Positions 19,878 to 29,766 of a stretch of DNA of 57,311 nt are shown here, in pieces. The notes beneath the pieces were generated by a model. The model had not been told where the DNA came from and made no database searches. It saw only the letters and a program-made list of their open reading frames with translations. The stretch covers positions 1-57,311 of the forward strand of contig CAMNNS010000001.1 in NCBI GenBank assembly GCA_946545765.1. Reading direction: 5' to 3'. Position 1 is the stretch's first letter. Each line of letters starts with the position of its first letter. Position numbers and translations under genes: made by a program. The stretch comes from an uncultured Bacteroidales bacterium. GTDB taxonomy: Bacteria; Bacteroidota; Bacteroidia; Bacteroidales; UBA932.

Positions 19878-21410
19878 TTAAAATGTTATCAAATTCTCAC
19901 CTGTCATACTCTCTGGTTTATCTATCCCCATCATATTTAAAATTGTAGGGGCAATATCACACAGCCTACCATCTTTCACCTTTTTAGCATCTTTATCTAT
20001 CACTAAAAATTGCACAGGATTTAATGAGTGCTGAGTATTCGGAGTTCCATCTTCATTCACTGCATAATCTGCATTCCCATGATCTGCTGTAATAAGGACA
20101 GAATAGCCACACTCCTTTGCACAATCAACAATTTTTTTAACAAGAGTATCTACACACTCAACCGCCTTTTTAATTGCCTCATATACACCAGTATGCCCTA
20201 CCATATCCCCATTAGCAAAATTAAGAATAATCATATCTTCTTTTCTCTCCTTTAATACCTCAATTAGTTTTTCAGTAACCTCAGGAGCACTCATCTGTGG
20301 CTGTAAATCATAAGTTGCAACTTTTGGAGAGGCAACTAAAATTCTATCTTCATTAACAAATGGTTCTTCTCTTCCACCATTAAAAAAGAATGTTACATGG
20401 GCATATTTTTCTGTCTCAGCGATACGTAACTGTCTTTTGCCGGCTTTCGCAACCACCTCTCCTAAAGTGTCTTGCACATGCTCTTTGTTAAATAAAATAT
20501 GTAGTCCTTTAAATTCATCATCATAAGGGGTAAGGGTACAATAGTATAGAGATAACTTTTTCATTTCAAACTCGGTCATGTCAACCTGTGTTAATACTGT
20601 TGTTATCTCCCTCGCTCTGTCGTTTCTAAAATTATAAAATATTACAGCATCACCATCTTTTATTGTTGCACAAATTTTCCCCTCTTTTACAATAGAAATT
20701 GGTTTAATAAACTCATCGGTAACACCTTCTTTATAAGAAGATTCAATTGCCTCCACAGCACTCTCAAATTTTTTCCCTTGCCCATTAACAAGGAGTTCGT
20801 ATGCCTCTTTTATCCTGTCCCATCTTTTATCTCTATCCATAGCATAAAATCTACCGCAAATTGTAGCAATCTCCCCCACAGATGATTTTGTTTTTTCTTC
20901 TATCTGTTTTATAAACTCTACACCGCTGTGGGGATCTGTATCTCTACCATCCATAAAACAGTGAATATAAACATCTTCTAATTGACAATCTTTTGCAGTA
21001 TCTAAAAAAGCAAAAAGGTGATCTAAACTACTATGCACCCCCCCAGAAGAGGCAAGTCCCATTAAGTGTAGCGGATGTTTTTTACCATCAACCTTTCCCT
21101 CCGCATAATCAAAAACGCCTTTCACTTCTTTGTTTTCCAAAAGTTTGCCCTCTGCACAAACTTTGTTGATCTTTACTAAATCTTGATAAACAATTCTACC
21201 CGCCCCAATATTTAAATGTCCAACCTCACTATTGCCCATTTGCCCATTTGGTAGTCCAACATCTTCTCCACAAGTTAGTAGTTTACTATGTAAATACTCT
21301 CTTCTTAAACTATCTATATTAGGTTGACCAGCAGAATAAATTGCATTGGAAGCATCTTTTCTTCCTATCCCCCAGCCATCCAAAATCATCAATAATACTC
21401 TCTTATTCAT
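19878..21410 (-). CDS. gpmI: 2,3-bisphosphoglycerate-independent phosphoglycerate mutase
   Basis: 510 aa with [28 protein letters not shown] and ITADHGNA. Confidence 0.95.
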   Translation of the reverse strand: MNKRVLLMILDGWGIGRKDASNAIYSAGQPNIDSLRREYLHSKLLTCGEDVGLPNGQMGNSEVGHLNIGAGRIVYQDLVKINKVCAEGKLLENKEVKGVFDYAEGKVDGKKHPLHLMGLASSGGVHSSLDHLFAFLDTAKDCQLEDVYIHCFMDGRDTDPHSGVEFIKQIEEKTKSSVGEIATICGRFYAMDRDKRWDRIKEAYELLVNGQGKKFESAVEAIESSYKEGVTDEFIKPISIVKEGKICATIKDGDAVIFYNFRNDRAREITTVLTQVDMTEFEMKKLSLYYCTLTPYDDEFKGLHILFNKEHVQDTLGEVVAKAGKRQLRIAETEKYAHVTFFFNGGREEPFVNEDRILVASPKVATYDLQPQMSAPEVTEKLIEVLKERKEDMIILNFANGDMVGHTGVYEAIKKAVECVDTLVKKIVDCAKECGYSVLITADHGNADYAVNEDGTPNTQHSLNPVQFLVIDKDAKKVKDGRLCDIAPTILNMMGIDKPESMTGENLITF

Positions 21411-21440
21411 TTTTCTATTTTTTTTTCTTACTTACTATTC

Positions 21441-23720
21441 CTACTTTCTCCCCTTTTTAGTACCCTTTTTTTGTAAAGCTTTTTTGTTTGTAGCAGAATC
21501 TTTTAGACTATTTGTTATCCTTATAGAATCTTCTCCTTGTTCTTCTGCTAAAAGTTCAAAATCTATTGTTTTTTGCTCTAAATTAACTCGGGAAACTCTA
21601 ATTTTTACTCTATCTCCAAGAGAAAAAACTCTTCCCGATGTTTGCCCCACTATCCTCATATTCTCCTCATCATAGCGGAAGTAGTCATCTTGCATCTCTC
21701 TCAAAGGAACCATCCCTTCTATCTTGGTTGGCTCTGCTTGAACATAAATTCCCCACTCTGTTACACCACTAATTACCCCTTCAAAAATTTCTCCTATTCT
21801 CTCTTTCATATATTCCGCCATCTTGTACTTGATTGAGGCTCTTTCCGCCTCTGTTGCAAGTTGTTCCCTCTGCGATGAATGTTCACAATACTCCTCAAAA
21901 GCCTGTTTATCTGCACTTTTACCCCCTTCTAAATAACGGGCAAGTAGGCGGTGAACCATCGTATCGGGATAACGCCTTATTGGAGAGGTAAAATGGGTAT
22001 AATACTTAAAACCAAGCCCATAGTGTCCTATATTATCTGTAGAATACTCTGCCCTCGCCATACACCTTAAAGCAAGAAGTTGAATTGTGTCACACTCTGG
22101 TGTATCTTTTACACTATCCATTAATTTATTTAGGGCTTTAGCAAGTTGTTTAGCATTTGCTGTCTGTTCCATTTTGTAGCCAAAATGATGAATAAAACCC
22201 CTTAACTCACCTATTTTCTCCATATTCGGCTCATCGTGAACGCGATATACAAAGGTAGGAGGATTTTTTCTCACACTTTTTGTTACAAATGTTGCCACCT
22301 CTTTATTAGCAAGAAGCATCAATTCCTCTATTAGCCAATTTGCACTTTTTGTAATCTTTTCTACTACACTCAGTGGTTTTCCTTTGTCATCTACAAGAAT
22401 TTTCATCTCGGGCCTTTCAAAAGAGATACTTCCTGCAGCAAATCTCTTTTTTCTCATTATAGAAGCCAATTTGTGTAATATTAAAAGACTATCTACAACT
22501 TCTTGATTAGGAGTATCTTTTGTTAAACCTGTAACATCTGGGGCACCGAGACTATTTGGGTGCGGATGAGTTGTTAATATTGGCAAATAAGATTTTACAT
22601 CACCATTAGAATCTATAAGTTGTTGTGCCTCCTCATATGCAAATCTAAAAGAAGAACAAATAACTGTACGACCAAACCAGCTCTTTAAAACTTTTGCTTT
22701 TGAATCTATCTCAAAAACAGCAGAAAAACAAAGTTTATCTTCATTAGGGCGGAGTGAGCACAGATTATTTGATAATGCCTCAGGAAGCATAGGTATTGTT
22801 CTATCAACCAAATAAACAGAAGTGGCACGAGAATATGCCTCTTTATCTAAAATTGTCCCTGGCTTAACATAATAAGACACATCGGCGATATGTACCCCAA
22901 TCTCATAATTTCCATTATCTAAGAGTTTTACACTAACTGCGTCGTCAAAATCTTTTGCATCTGCGGGGTCTATTGTAAATGTGGTTGTACCTCTAAAATC
23001 TCTCCTGCCCTCTAAATCTTTTTGGGTTATTTTTGTTGGCAACTTATTTGCAAAATCTTCAACCTCTTTTGGAAATTTATATGGTAATCCATACTCTGCC
23101 AAGATAGCGTGCATTTCTGTATCGTTCTCCCCTGGTTTTCCTATAATATCTGTTACAATTCCTATAGGGGTAAGGGAACCTTTTGGAAAATCTTTAACTA
23201 AAACTGAGACTTTAAGCCCTTGATATTCAGGTCTTATTTTTATACCATCTGGAGTAGAAGGATTAAAAGGAACCTCCACATCGTATGGCATATTTTTATT
23301 CTCTATAATAACATAACATTGTTTTTTTGTAATAGACAAAAGTCCAACATAAGGGCGAGGATTTCTCTCAATAATTTTTACAACTTCTCCCTCGGCACTC
23401 TTTGTATTTAATTTAGAAGTTCTCCCTTTCTCCTTTATTTTTGTAATAGCTACTTTAACCTTGTCATTATTAAGTGCTCCTCGCAATTTGCCTTGTGGAA
23501 TGAAAATATCTCCTTCTATTAAAGTCCCAATCTCTGTTTTATCGAGATTGCCTACTTGTACAAAACCAAATCCACCTGCCGCCATATTCATAACACCCTC
23601 AACATATTGCAAGACTTTTTTCTTTGCAATACCTCTCCTTTCATCCACAGATTTTGCGTTTCTGTAGTGATTCCCTTCTTTTTTAAAGGTCATTTTTTTG
23701 CCTCTGTTTCTTCTTCTCAT
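21441..23720 (-). CDS. rnr: Ribonuclease R
   Basis: It has an RNB domain (TIDPADAKDFDDA, HYGLGF..YTHFTSPIRRYPD), cold-shock and S1 domains and a Lys-rich tail. I moved the start to ATG 23720 (MRRRNRGKK...). The track start (23822) lies upstream of the candidate promoter boxes and adds a hydrophobic, non-homologous extension. Confidence 0.9.
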   Translation of the reverse strand: MRRRNRGKKMTFKKEGNHYRNAKSVDERRGIAKKKVLQYVEGVMNMAAGGFGFVQVGNLDKTEIGTLIEGDIFIPQGKLRGALNNDKVKVAITKIKEKGRTSKLNTKSAEGEVVKIIERNPRPYVGLLSITKKQCYVIIENKNMPYDVEVPFNPSTPDGIKIRPEYQGLKVSVLVKDFPKGSLTPIGIVTDIIGKPGENDTEMHAILAEYGLPYKFPKEVEDFANKLPTKITQKDLEGRRDFRGTTTFTIDPADAKDFDDAVSVKLLDNGNYEIGVHIADVSYYVKPGTILDKEAYSRATSVYLVDRTIPMLPEALSNNLCSLRPNEDKLCFSAVFEIDSKAKVLKSWFGRTVICSSFRFAYEEAQQLIDSNGDVKSYLPILTTHPHPNSLGAPDVTGLTKDTPNQEVVDSLLILHKLASIMRKKRFAAGSISFERPEMKILVDDKGKPLSVVEKITKSANWLIEELMLLANKEVATFVTKSVRKNPPTFVYRVHDEPNMEKIGELRGFIHHFGYKMEQTANAKQLAKALNKLMDSVKDTPECDTIQLLALRCMARAEYSTDNIGHYGLGFKYYTHFTSPIRRYPDTMVHRLLARYLEGGKSADKQAFEEYCEHSSQREQLATEAERASIKYKMAEYMKERIGEIFEGVISGVTEWGIYVQAEPTKIEGMVPLREMQDDYFRYDEENMRIVGQTSGRVFSLGDRVKIRVSRVNLEQKTIDFELLAEEQGEDSIRITNSLKDSATNKKALQKKGTKKGRK

Positions 23721-23730
23721 TTTATTAAAA

Positions 23731-23761
23731 CAAAAATATAATACCAATGCCCACAAATTTA
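23731..23761 (-). promoter_or_regulatory. Candidate -7 boxes for rnr (TATTTTTG and TAAATTTG)
   Basis: On the minus strand, TAAATTTG (23761-23754) and TATTTTTG (23738-23731) both match TAnnTTTG. The latter ends 10 nt before ATG 23720. Confidence 0.35.
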
Positions 23762-23902
23762 GTAAATAAAACATGGGAGTAAACCATAAGTTATCAACAA
23801 TCCCGATAAATTCTAAATACAAATCTATTCAAACTCTAAACTATAATCTACTCCTATTGCTTAATAGCAATCTTTTTGTTACCCAAGTCAAAGAAGATTT
23901 TT

Positions 23903-23910
23903 TAAATTTG
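23903..23910 (+). promoter_or_regulatory. -7 box TAAATTTG immediately upstream of the lipid kinase ATG
   Basis: It matches TAnnTTTG exactly and ends 6 nt before ATG 23917. A TTTG at 23875-23878 gives a 24-nt spacer, which is longer than canonical. Confidence 0.4.
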
Positions 23911-23916
23911 TACGCT

Positions 23917-24834
23917 ATGAGTGCTAAAAAGTTGCTGTTTATAGTTAATCCTATTTCAGGAGGGAGAGACAAGCGAGAGATTTTGAATGCTATCTCTAAG
24001 AGTTTTGACCCCTCTCCACATTCCTACGATATTGTAAATTCTGAATACTCTGGGCACTCAAATCTTCTTGCTTGTGAAGCAGTAAATAAAGGATATGACG
24101 GAGTTATTGCTATTGGTGGGGATGGAACGGTAAACGAAGTTGCTGCTGCTTTAATTCAAAAGAAAACAGCTTTAGGAATAATTCCTTGTGGGAGTGGCAA
24201 TGGTCTGGCTCGCCATCTTAATATCCCTATAAATTATATTGGTGCGATAGACATTATAAAAAAAGGAATTGTAGAGAGTTTTGATTATGGGTTAATAAAT
24301 AATCAACCCTTTTTTACCACTTGTGGGGTTGGATTTGATGCAGAGGTAAGTCAAACATTTGCCAATTCAGATAATAGATTTTTTCATAGCAAACGGGGCA
24401 TTATAAGTTATTTAGAGAATATTATCAGAAGCGGTATTAACTATCAGCCAAAGACTTACACAATAGAAACTGAATCGGGAGAAAAAAGATATAAAGCTCT
24501 ATTAGTTGCTTGTGCAAATGCTTCTCAATATGGCAACAATGCCTATATTGCCCCTCAAGCCTCTATGAAGGATGGTTTCTTAGATGTGATAATTATAGAA
24601 CCTTTTAGCTTCATTGATGCCCCCCATATTGCAATTCAACTTTTTACTAAAACTTTAAATTCTAATAATCATATAAAGACTTTCCGCACTAAAAAAGTAA
24701 CAATTTATAGAGAAGAAGATGGGGCTGCTCATCGAGATGGGGAACCTTTTATAACAGGAAAACAAATTGATATTCAAATAGTTGAAAAGGGGATAAATAT
24801 TATCGTTTCACCATCTACTACACCCCAAGTTTAG
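23917..24834 (+). CDS. Diacylglycerol-kinase-family lipid kinase (YegS/BmrU type)
   Basis: MSAKKLLFIVNPISGG..., GGDGTVNEV and PCGSGNGLAR. I moved the start from the track's 23773 to ATG 23917, where homology and the promoter box begin. Confidence 0.8.
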   Translation: MSAKKLLFIVNPISGGRDKREILNAISKSFDPSPHSYDIVNSEYSGHSNLLACEAVNKGYDGVIAIGGDGTVNEVAAALIQKKTALGIIPCGSGNGLARHLNIPINYIGAIDIIKKGIVESFDYGLINNQPFFTTCGVGFDAEVSQTFANSDNRFFHSKRGIISYLENIIRSGINYQPKTYTIETESGEKRYKALLVACANASQYGNNAYIAPQASMKDGFLDVIIIEPFSFIDAPHIAIQLFTKTLNSNNHIKTFRTKKVTIYREEDGAAHRDGEPFITGKQIDIQIVEKGINIIVSPSTTPQV

Positions 24835-26500
24835 CCTGTACAACATTTATAATATAGTCCCCTAATTTTTCTAATTCGTCAATCAAATCTATATAAGTGA
24901 TTCCTGCAGAATAAGAATAACTATGACTATTTACATCTTCTATATTTTTCTCTTTTAATTTTGCCCTTAAATCGTTGATTTGTTCCTCTAAAATCTCTGT
25001 TTTTTCTATCCCTTTTTCCTCTCCCGATACAACTTTTCTCATCTGTTCTATAGCTTCATTTACAACGTTGTACATTAAACCTATGTTTTCATATATCTGA
25101 GGAGTAAAAGTATCACCTCTGTCGTTTCCTTTCTTTAGTATTCGTGCTACATTATAACAAGAGTCTCCGATACTCTCTATCTCACTTATTTCTCTCATCA
25201 TATACCTTATCTCCAATTTTGTAGAGTCGCTTAAATGGGTTTTGCTCACTTGCTCTAAAAACTCAGCTATTTCACACTCCATATTATCTGCAATGCCCTC
25301 ATATTTTTCAATCCTAACATAATGCTCTTCTCTCTCTTTTGGGCTCTTTGCAGTTAGCATACTATTTAACATGCCATACATTCTATGAGTTCTCTCGATA
25401 AAATGATCTATCTCTTTTTGTGCCTCTAAGACAGATATTTCCGGAGTTTTCATCACACCCCCGCGAATATATTTTAATTTGAATTCTTCCTCCTCTTTAT
25501 TCTCTTTTGCTTTTATTATTTTACAACAAATCTTTTCTAACTGAGGAATAAATCCAAGAAGAAGAATAGTATTTGTTACATTAAAACATGTATGGAACAT
25601 TGCCAATACTATTGGAAGTTTTTTCTCTTGCCCCCCAATAATTGTGTCATAACCTACAAGATTGCTAACAAAATTTACAAAAGGGTAAAATATAGCAAGA
25701 ACCCAAATAACCCCAAAAATATTAAACAGCAAATGTGCTAATGCTGCTCTACGAGCTTGAGCGTTAGCCCCGAGAGCCGCAAGATTTGCTGTTAATGTTG
25801 TTCCGATATTCTCGCCCATTACCAACGCTATACCAAGATATATTGGTAAAACACCTGTAGAGCAAAGTAATATAGTTATTGCCATTACGGCGGCAGAAGA
25901 TTGTACTATACAAGTTATTACAGTTCCTATTAAAACAAATGTCAAAATTGTCAAATAACTATTTACATCAAAAGATGAGAAGAAGGAGACAACATTTTCA
26001 TTATTAGCTAAGTCCATCTCTTTTCCCGATGAACTTAATAAAACTAAAGAGAAAAATAAGAAAGCAATACCAAATAAGAAATCTCCAAAATATCTATGCC
26101 TGCTACTATATATAAAAACAATACCTATCAGAAAAGCGGGGAAGACCACCATTGTTAAATCTACACTATACCCCAAAGACATTATCCAAGCTGTGAGGGT
26201 AGTACCAATATTTGCCCCCATTATTACACTTATCGCTTGAGCTAAAGTTAACAACCCTGCATTAACAAAAGAGACAGTCATAACTGTTGTCGCAGAAGAA
26301 GATTGTACTGCACAAGTAACAACAGTACCGGTTAACATTCCTGTTAATCTATTGGTTGTCATAGCACTTAAAATTCTTCTAAGTTGTGAGCCCGCCATTT
26401 TTTGCAATGCTTCGCTCATAACTTTCATACCATAGATAAGTAATCCAAGTGCCCCAAGGAGTTTAATAGATATTACTAAATAATTTGGTGTTTCTGGCAT
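24818..26500 (-). CDS. Na+/phosphate cotransporter family protein with C-terminal PhoU-like domain
   Basis: It has the duplicated Na_Pi_cotrans motifs (QSSSATT.. and QSSAAVMAI..) and C-terminal PhoU-like helices. The track start 26527 is a TTG codon. I used the first ATG (26500, MPETPNY...). Confidence 0.85.
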   Translation of the reverse strand: MPETPNYLVISIKLLGALGLLIYGMKVMSEALQKMAGSQLRRILSAMTTNRLTGMLTGTVVTCAVQSSSATTVMTVSFVNAGLLTLAQAISVIMGANIGTTLTAWIMSLGYSVDLTMVVFPAFLIGIVFIYSSRHRYFGDFLFGIAFLFFSLVLLSSSGKEMDLANNENVVSFFSSFDVNSYLTILTFVLIGTVITCIVQSSAAVMAITILLCSTGVLPIYLGIALVMGENIGTTLTANLAALGANAQARRAALAHLLFNIFGVIWVLAIFYPFVNFVSNLVGYDTIIGGQEKKLPIVLAMFHTCFNVTNTILLLGFIPQLEKICCKIIKAKENKEEEEFKLKYIRGGVMKTPEISVLEAQKEIDHFIERTHRMYGMLNSMLTAKSPKEREEHYVRIEKYEGIADNMECEIAEFLEQVSKTHLSDSTKLEIRYMMREISEIESIGDSCYNVARILKKGNDRGDTFTPQIYENIGLMYNVVNEAIEQMRKVVSGEEKGIEKTEILEEQINDLRAKLKEKNIEDVNSHSYSYSAGITYIDLIDELEKLGDYIINVVQAKLGV

Positions 26501-26560
26501 ATTGTTTTTATATAAAAATGGAGCCAATTTTCACAATTAGCTCCATTCGTTTTATTATCT

Positions 26561-29500
26561 TTATCTCTTCTTATTGCTCTCTGTAGCAGAAATTTTCTTT
26601 TTATTCACATCGTACATTAACGGTGCCGCTATGAATATAGATGAATACGTTCCCACCAATACTCCAACTGCTAAAGAGACTGCAAACCCTCTAATTGTAT
26701 CACCTCCAAACATAGCAATTGCTAACAACACAACTAATGTAGTACCAGAAGTATTTATTGTTCTTGCAAGGGTACTATTTAAAGCCCCGTTTATATTCTC
26801 TTTAAGGGTTCTTTTAGGATACAATTTATTATACTCCCTGATTCGGTCAAAAATTACCACTGTATCATTGATAGAATACCCTATTATCGTAAGAACTGCA
26901 GCTATAAAAGTTTGATCTACATCTAAGGAGAATGGTAATATTCCTGTAAATAAAGAGTAGAATCCCATAACTATAATTGAGTCGTGAGCTAATGCTGCCA
27001 GACCGCCAGCACCCCAAGACCAATTTTTAAAACGTGCCGCTATATAAAGGAATATAATAATTAGTGCAAATACAACAGCATAAGTCCCCTTTCTTTTCAT
27101 ATCATTTGCAATGGTAGGGCCCACCTTATCTGAGCTAATAATACCATTAGGGTTATCTACTGTTGTTGTAAATTCCTCAAATGTTTGTGGCACAACAAAC
27201 AAACCCTTTAAAGCATTATAAAGCATTTGTTCTATCTCTTGATCTACCTCTTGAGATTGATCTTTAATTTTGTATTTAGTGGTTATTTTCATTTGGCTAC
27301 CACTACCAAACTGCTTTACTTCAACATTTTCTTTGAATTCTGCTGTCGCAAGATTTCTAACCTCTTCTGCTGTAACCATTTTGTCAAATCTTACAACATA
27401 GGTACGACCCCCTGTAAAATCAACTCCATAAGAGAATCCTTTTGTAAACATTGAGGCTAAGAATATTCCAACAAAAATTGCTGCTATCACATAAGTAATT
27501 TTTCTCTTTCCAAGAAAATCTATTTTAGTATTCTTTAAGAAATTACGAGTTAATTTGCTGTCAAATGTAATACTCTTTCCTCTATCCATTCTCCCTTCAA
27601 AATAAAGCCTTGTTATAAAGATAGAAGTAATAAGTGAGGTAATAATACCTAATACTAAGGTTGTTGCAAATCCTTTAATAGGGCCTGTTCCAAATATTAA
27701 AAGAACTAAACCCACCAAGATGGTAGTTATGTTTCCGTCTAATATTGCAGAATATGCATTATTGTAACCATCTTTAACAGCTAATCTTAATTGTTTTCCC
27801 GCCTTTAATTCCTCTTTAATACGCTCGTATATAATGACATTTGAGTCAACCGCCATTCCCAATGTTAGCACCAAACCGGCAATACCTGGCAATGTTAAAA
27901 CTGCCCCTATAGAGAGCAGACCTCCTAACAAGAAGAGAACATTACAAATCAAGGCAATGTTGGCTGCAACACCTGCTCCTCTATAGAAGAACAACATATA
28001 TATGAGAACTAAAACAAATGCCAAAACAAACGAAATTAATCCAGCATTTATAGATTCCTTACCAAGTGTAGGACCAACCACTTGCTCTTGAATAATTGTT
28101 GCTGGAGCAGGTAACTTTCCTGAGTTTAAGACATTTGCAAGGTCGGTTGCTTCATCTATAGAGAAGTTACCTGTAATCTCAGATCTTCCCCCTGTGATTT
28201 CAGAGTTAACATTAGGATATGAATAAACCATATCATCTAAAACTACAGCAATACATTTTCCAATATTATCAGCTGTTAATCTTGCCCATGTTTTTGCCCC
28301 CTCAGAATTCATTGCCATTGTAACACTTGGAGAACCACCCTGCTCTCTGTATGATACGCTGGCATCAGTAATAACAGAGCCGTCTATAGGGGCTTTGCCA
28401 TCCCGAGTAGGTTTTCTAATTGCAATAAGATCAAAGATTGTCCCATTTGGGTCTAATTCAGAAGGTTTGATTGTCCACATAGGAACAAAATCTGCTGGGA
28501 ACAAGTTTTTAATTTGAGGTATCTCAAAATAAGAATTTATTACAGATGTATCTTTATAGTGTGCTCTACCTATACAAGCACCCGAAGCTAATCCGTTTTG
28601 GAAAACATTTGGATATAAAACTGCAAAGAGTGGATTTTGTTTTGCAAACTCTAATTCGTTAGTAGATAATGAATCTTGAGAAACTTTTAAACTCTCTGCT
28701 AAAAGTTCTGCGTCGGTTTTTTCTACTTTAGAAGTATCTGCATCTAATACCGCAACTTCTGTTTGAGAATCTGCTGTTCTCTCTATCTCAGCCAAATAAT
28801 CTCTCAAAGCAACATTAGCACTTTGTAGATAACCATATATCTCTGAATTATCGTATGTTGTCCAGAACTCTAAAGAAGCTGTTCCTTGAAGAAGTTTTCT
28901 AACACGCTCTGGCTCCTTTACACCAGGAAGTTCAACTAAAATTCTTCCCGAGTTTCCTAATTTTTGAATATTAGGAGAAGCTACGCCAAAACGGTCGATA
29001 CGGCTTCTTAATACATTAAACGAATTGTTTATAGCACTTGTTGCCTCTTCTCTAATTATTTTTATAACCTCTGAATTGGATGTCTCTGGACGCACTTTGT
29101 TACCCATTACAAAGTTGCTAAATACTGTTGCCAATCTCTGATTTGGAGCCACTTCGTCCCAAGCCTCTTCAAATTTATCTATGAAGTCTGCTCTACTATC
29201 AACTTCTCTCTCAGAAGCAAGAGCCATTGCTTTCTGGAATTGAGGATTTTGACTATTATTAGACAACGCGTTAACAAGGTCTTTTAGCTGAACTTGTAAC
29301 ATCACGTTCATACCACCTTTAAGGTCAAGACCTAATTTTATCTCCTTCTCTTTAACATCTTTATAAGTAAATCCTAAAAAGACACTCTCAGAAGTGATTG
29401 AATCTAAATAATATCTGCTTTTAATTTTTTGTATAGAGTCTAAATAGAATGCCTGATCTAATTGAGAAATCTTTTGAAATTCAGGAGAATTTTTCTCTGA

Positions 29501-29632
29501 CTCTATGGCTGCGGCTGCAAATGCCTCTGCCTTTTTCTCTTGGTTTCTTGTAGCCCATGTAAATGATAATTGGTATAAACAAACCAACGCTATCAAGATT
29601 GCCAAAACTTTAATGGTCCCTTTACTTTGCAT
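26561..29632 (-). CDS. secDF: Protein translocase subunit SecDF (fused)
   Basis: 1023 aa. The SecD part has LGLDLKGG and the periplasmic P1 domain. Two 6-TM RND-like halves follow, with the SecF part at the C-terminus. Confidence 0.95.
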   Translation of the reverse strand: MQSKGTIKVLAILIALVCLYQLSFTWATRNQEKKAEAFAAAAIESEKNSPEFQKISQLDQAFYLDSIQKIKSRYYLDSITSESVFLGFTYKDVKEKEIKLGLDLKGGMNVMLQVQLKDLVNALSNNSQNPQFQKAMALASEREVDSRADFIDKFEEAWDEVAPNQRLATVFSNFVMGNKVRPETSNSEVIKIIREEATSAINNSFNVLRSRIDRFGVASPNIQKLGNSGRILVELPGVKEPERVRKLLQGTASLEFWTTYDNSEIYGYLQSANVALRDYLAEIERTADSQTEVAVLDADTSKVEKTDAELLAESLKVSQDSLSTNELEFAKQNPLFAVLYPNVFQNGLASGACIGRAHYKDTSVINSYFEIPQIKNLFPADFVPMWTIKPSELDPNGTIFDLIAIRKPTRDGKAPIDGSVITDASVSYREQGGSPSVTMAMNSEGAKTWARLTADNIGKCIAVVLDDMVYSYPNVNSEITGGRSEITGNFSIDEATDLANVLNSGKLPAPATIIQEQVVGPTLGKESINAGLISFVLAFVLVLIYMLFFYRGAGVAANIALICNVLFLLGGLLSIGAVLTLPGIAGLVLTLGMAVDSNVIIYERIKEELKAGKQLRLAVKDGYNNAYSAILDGNITTILVGLVLLIFGTGPIKGFATTLVLGIITSLITSIFITRLYFEGRMDRGKSITFDSKLTRNFLKNTKIDFLGKRKITYVIAAIFVGIFLASMFTKGFSYGVDFTGGRTYVVRFDKMVTAEEVRNLATAEFKENVEVKQFGSGSQMKITTKYKIKDQSQEVDQEIEQMLYNALKGLFVVPQTFEEFTTTVDNPNGIISSDKVGPTIANDMKRKGTYAVVFALIIIFLYIAARFKNWSWGAGGLAALAHDSIIVMGFYSLFTGILPFSLDVDQTFIAAVLTIIGYSINDTVVIFDRIREYNKLYPKRTLKENINGALNSTLARTINTSGTTLVVLLAIAMFGGDTIRGFAVSLAVGVLVGTYSSIFIAAPLMYDVNKKKISATESNKKR

Positions 29633-29766
29633 TTTTCTTCTAATTTTAAAATTGGGTACAAATGTACAATTTTTTCAGAAAAAATAAACTATTTCCTACC
29701 TTTGTTTCAGCTATTTGAGTTGGCAAAATTTAATATAAGTTATAAAACAACCTACAGAACAGAGAA

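Noticed and set aside
23721-23822. N-terminal extensions in the ORF track: RNase R to 23822, lipid kinase from 23773, SDR from 38180 (GTG), threonine aldolase from 40251 (TTG), Na/Pi transporter to 26527 (TTG) and SufT-like to 35785 (TTG).
   Set aside because: The extensions add non-homologous residues, use non-ATG codons in four of the six cases, and contain the promoter boxes or a terminator (40221-40259). Downstream ATGs coincide with the onset of family similarity.
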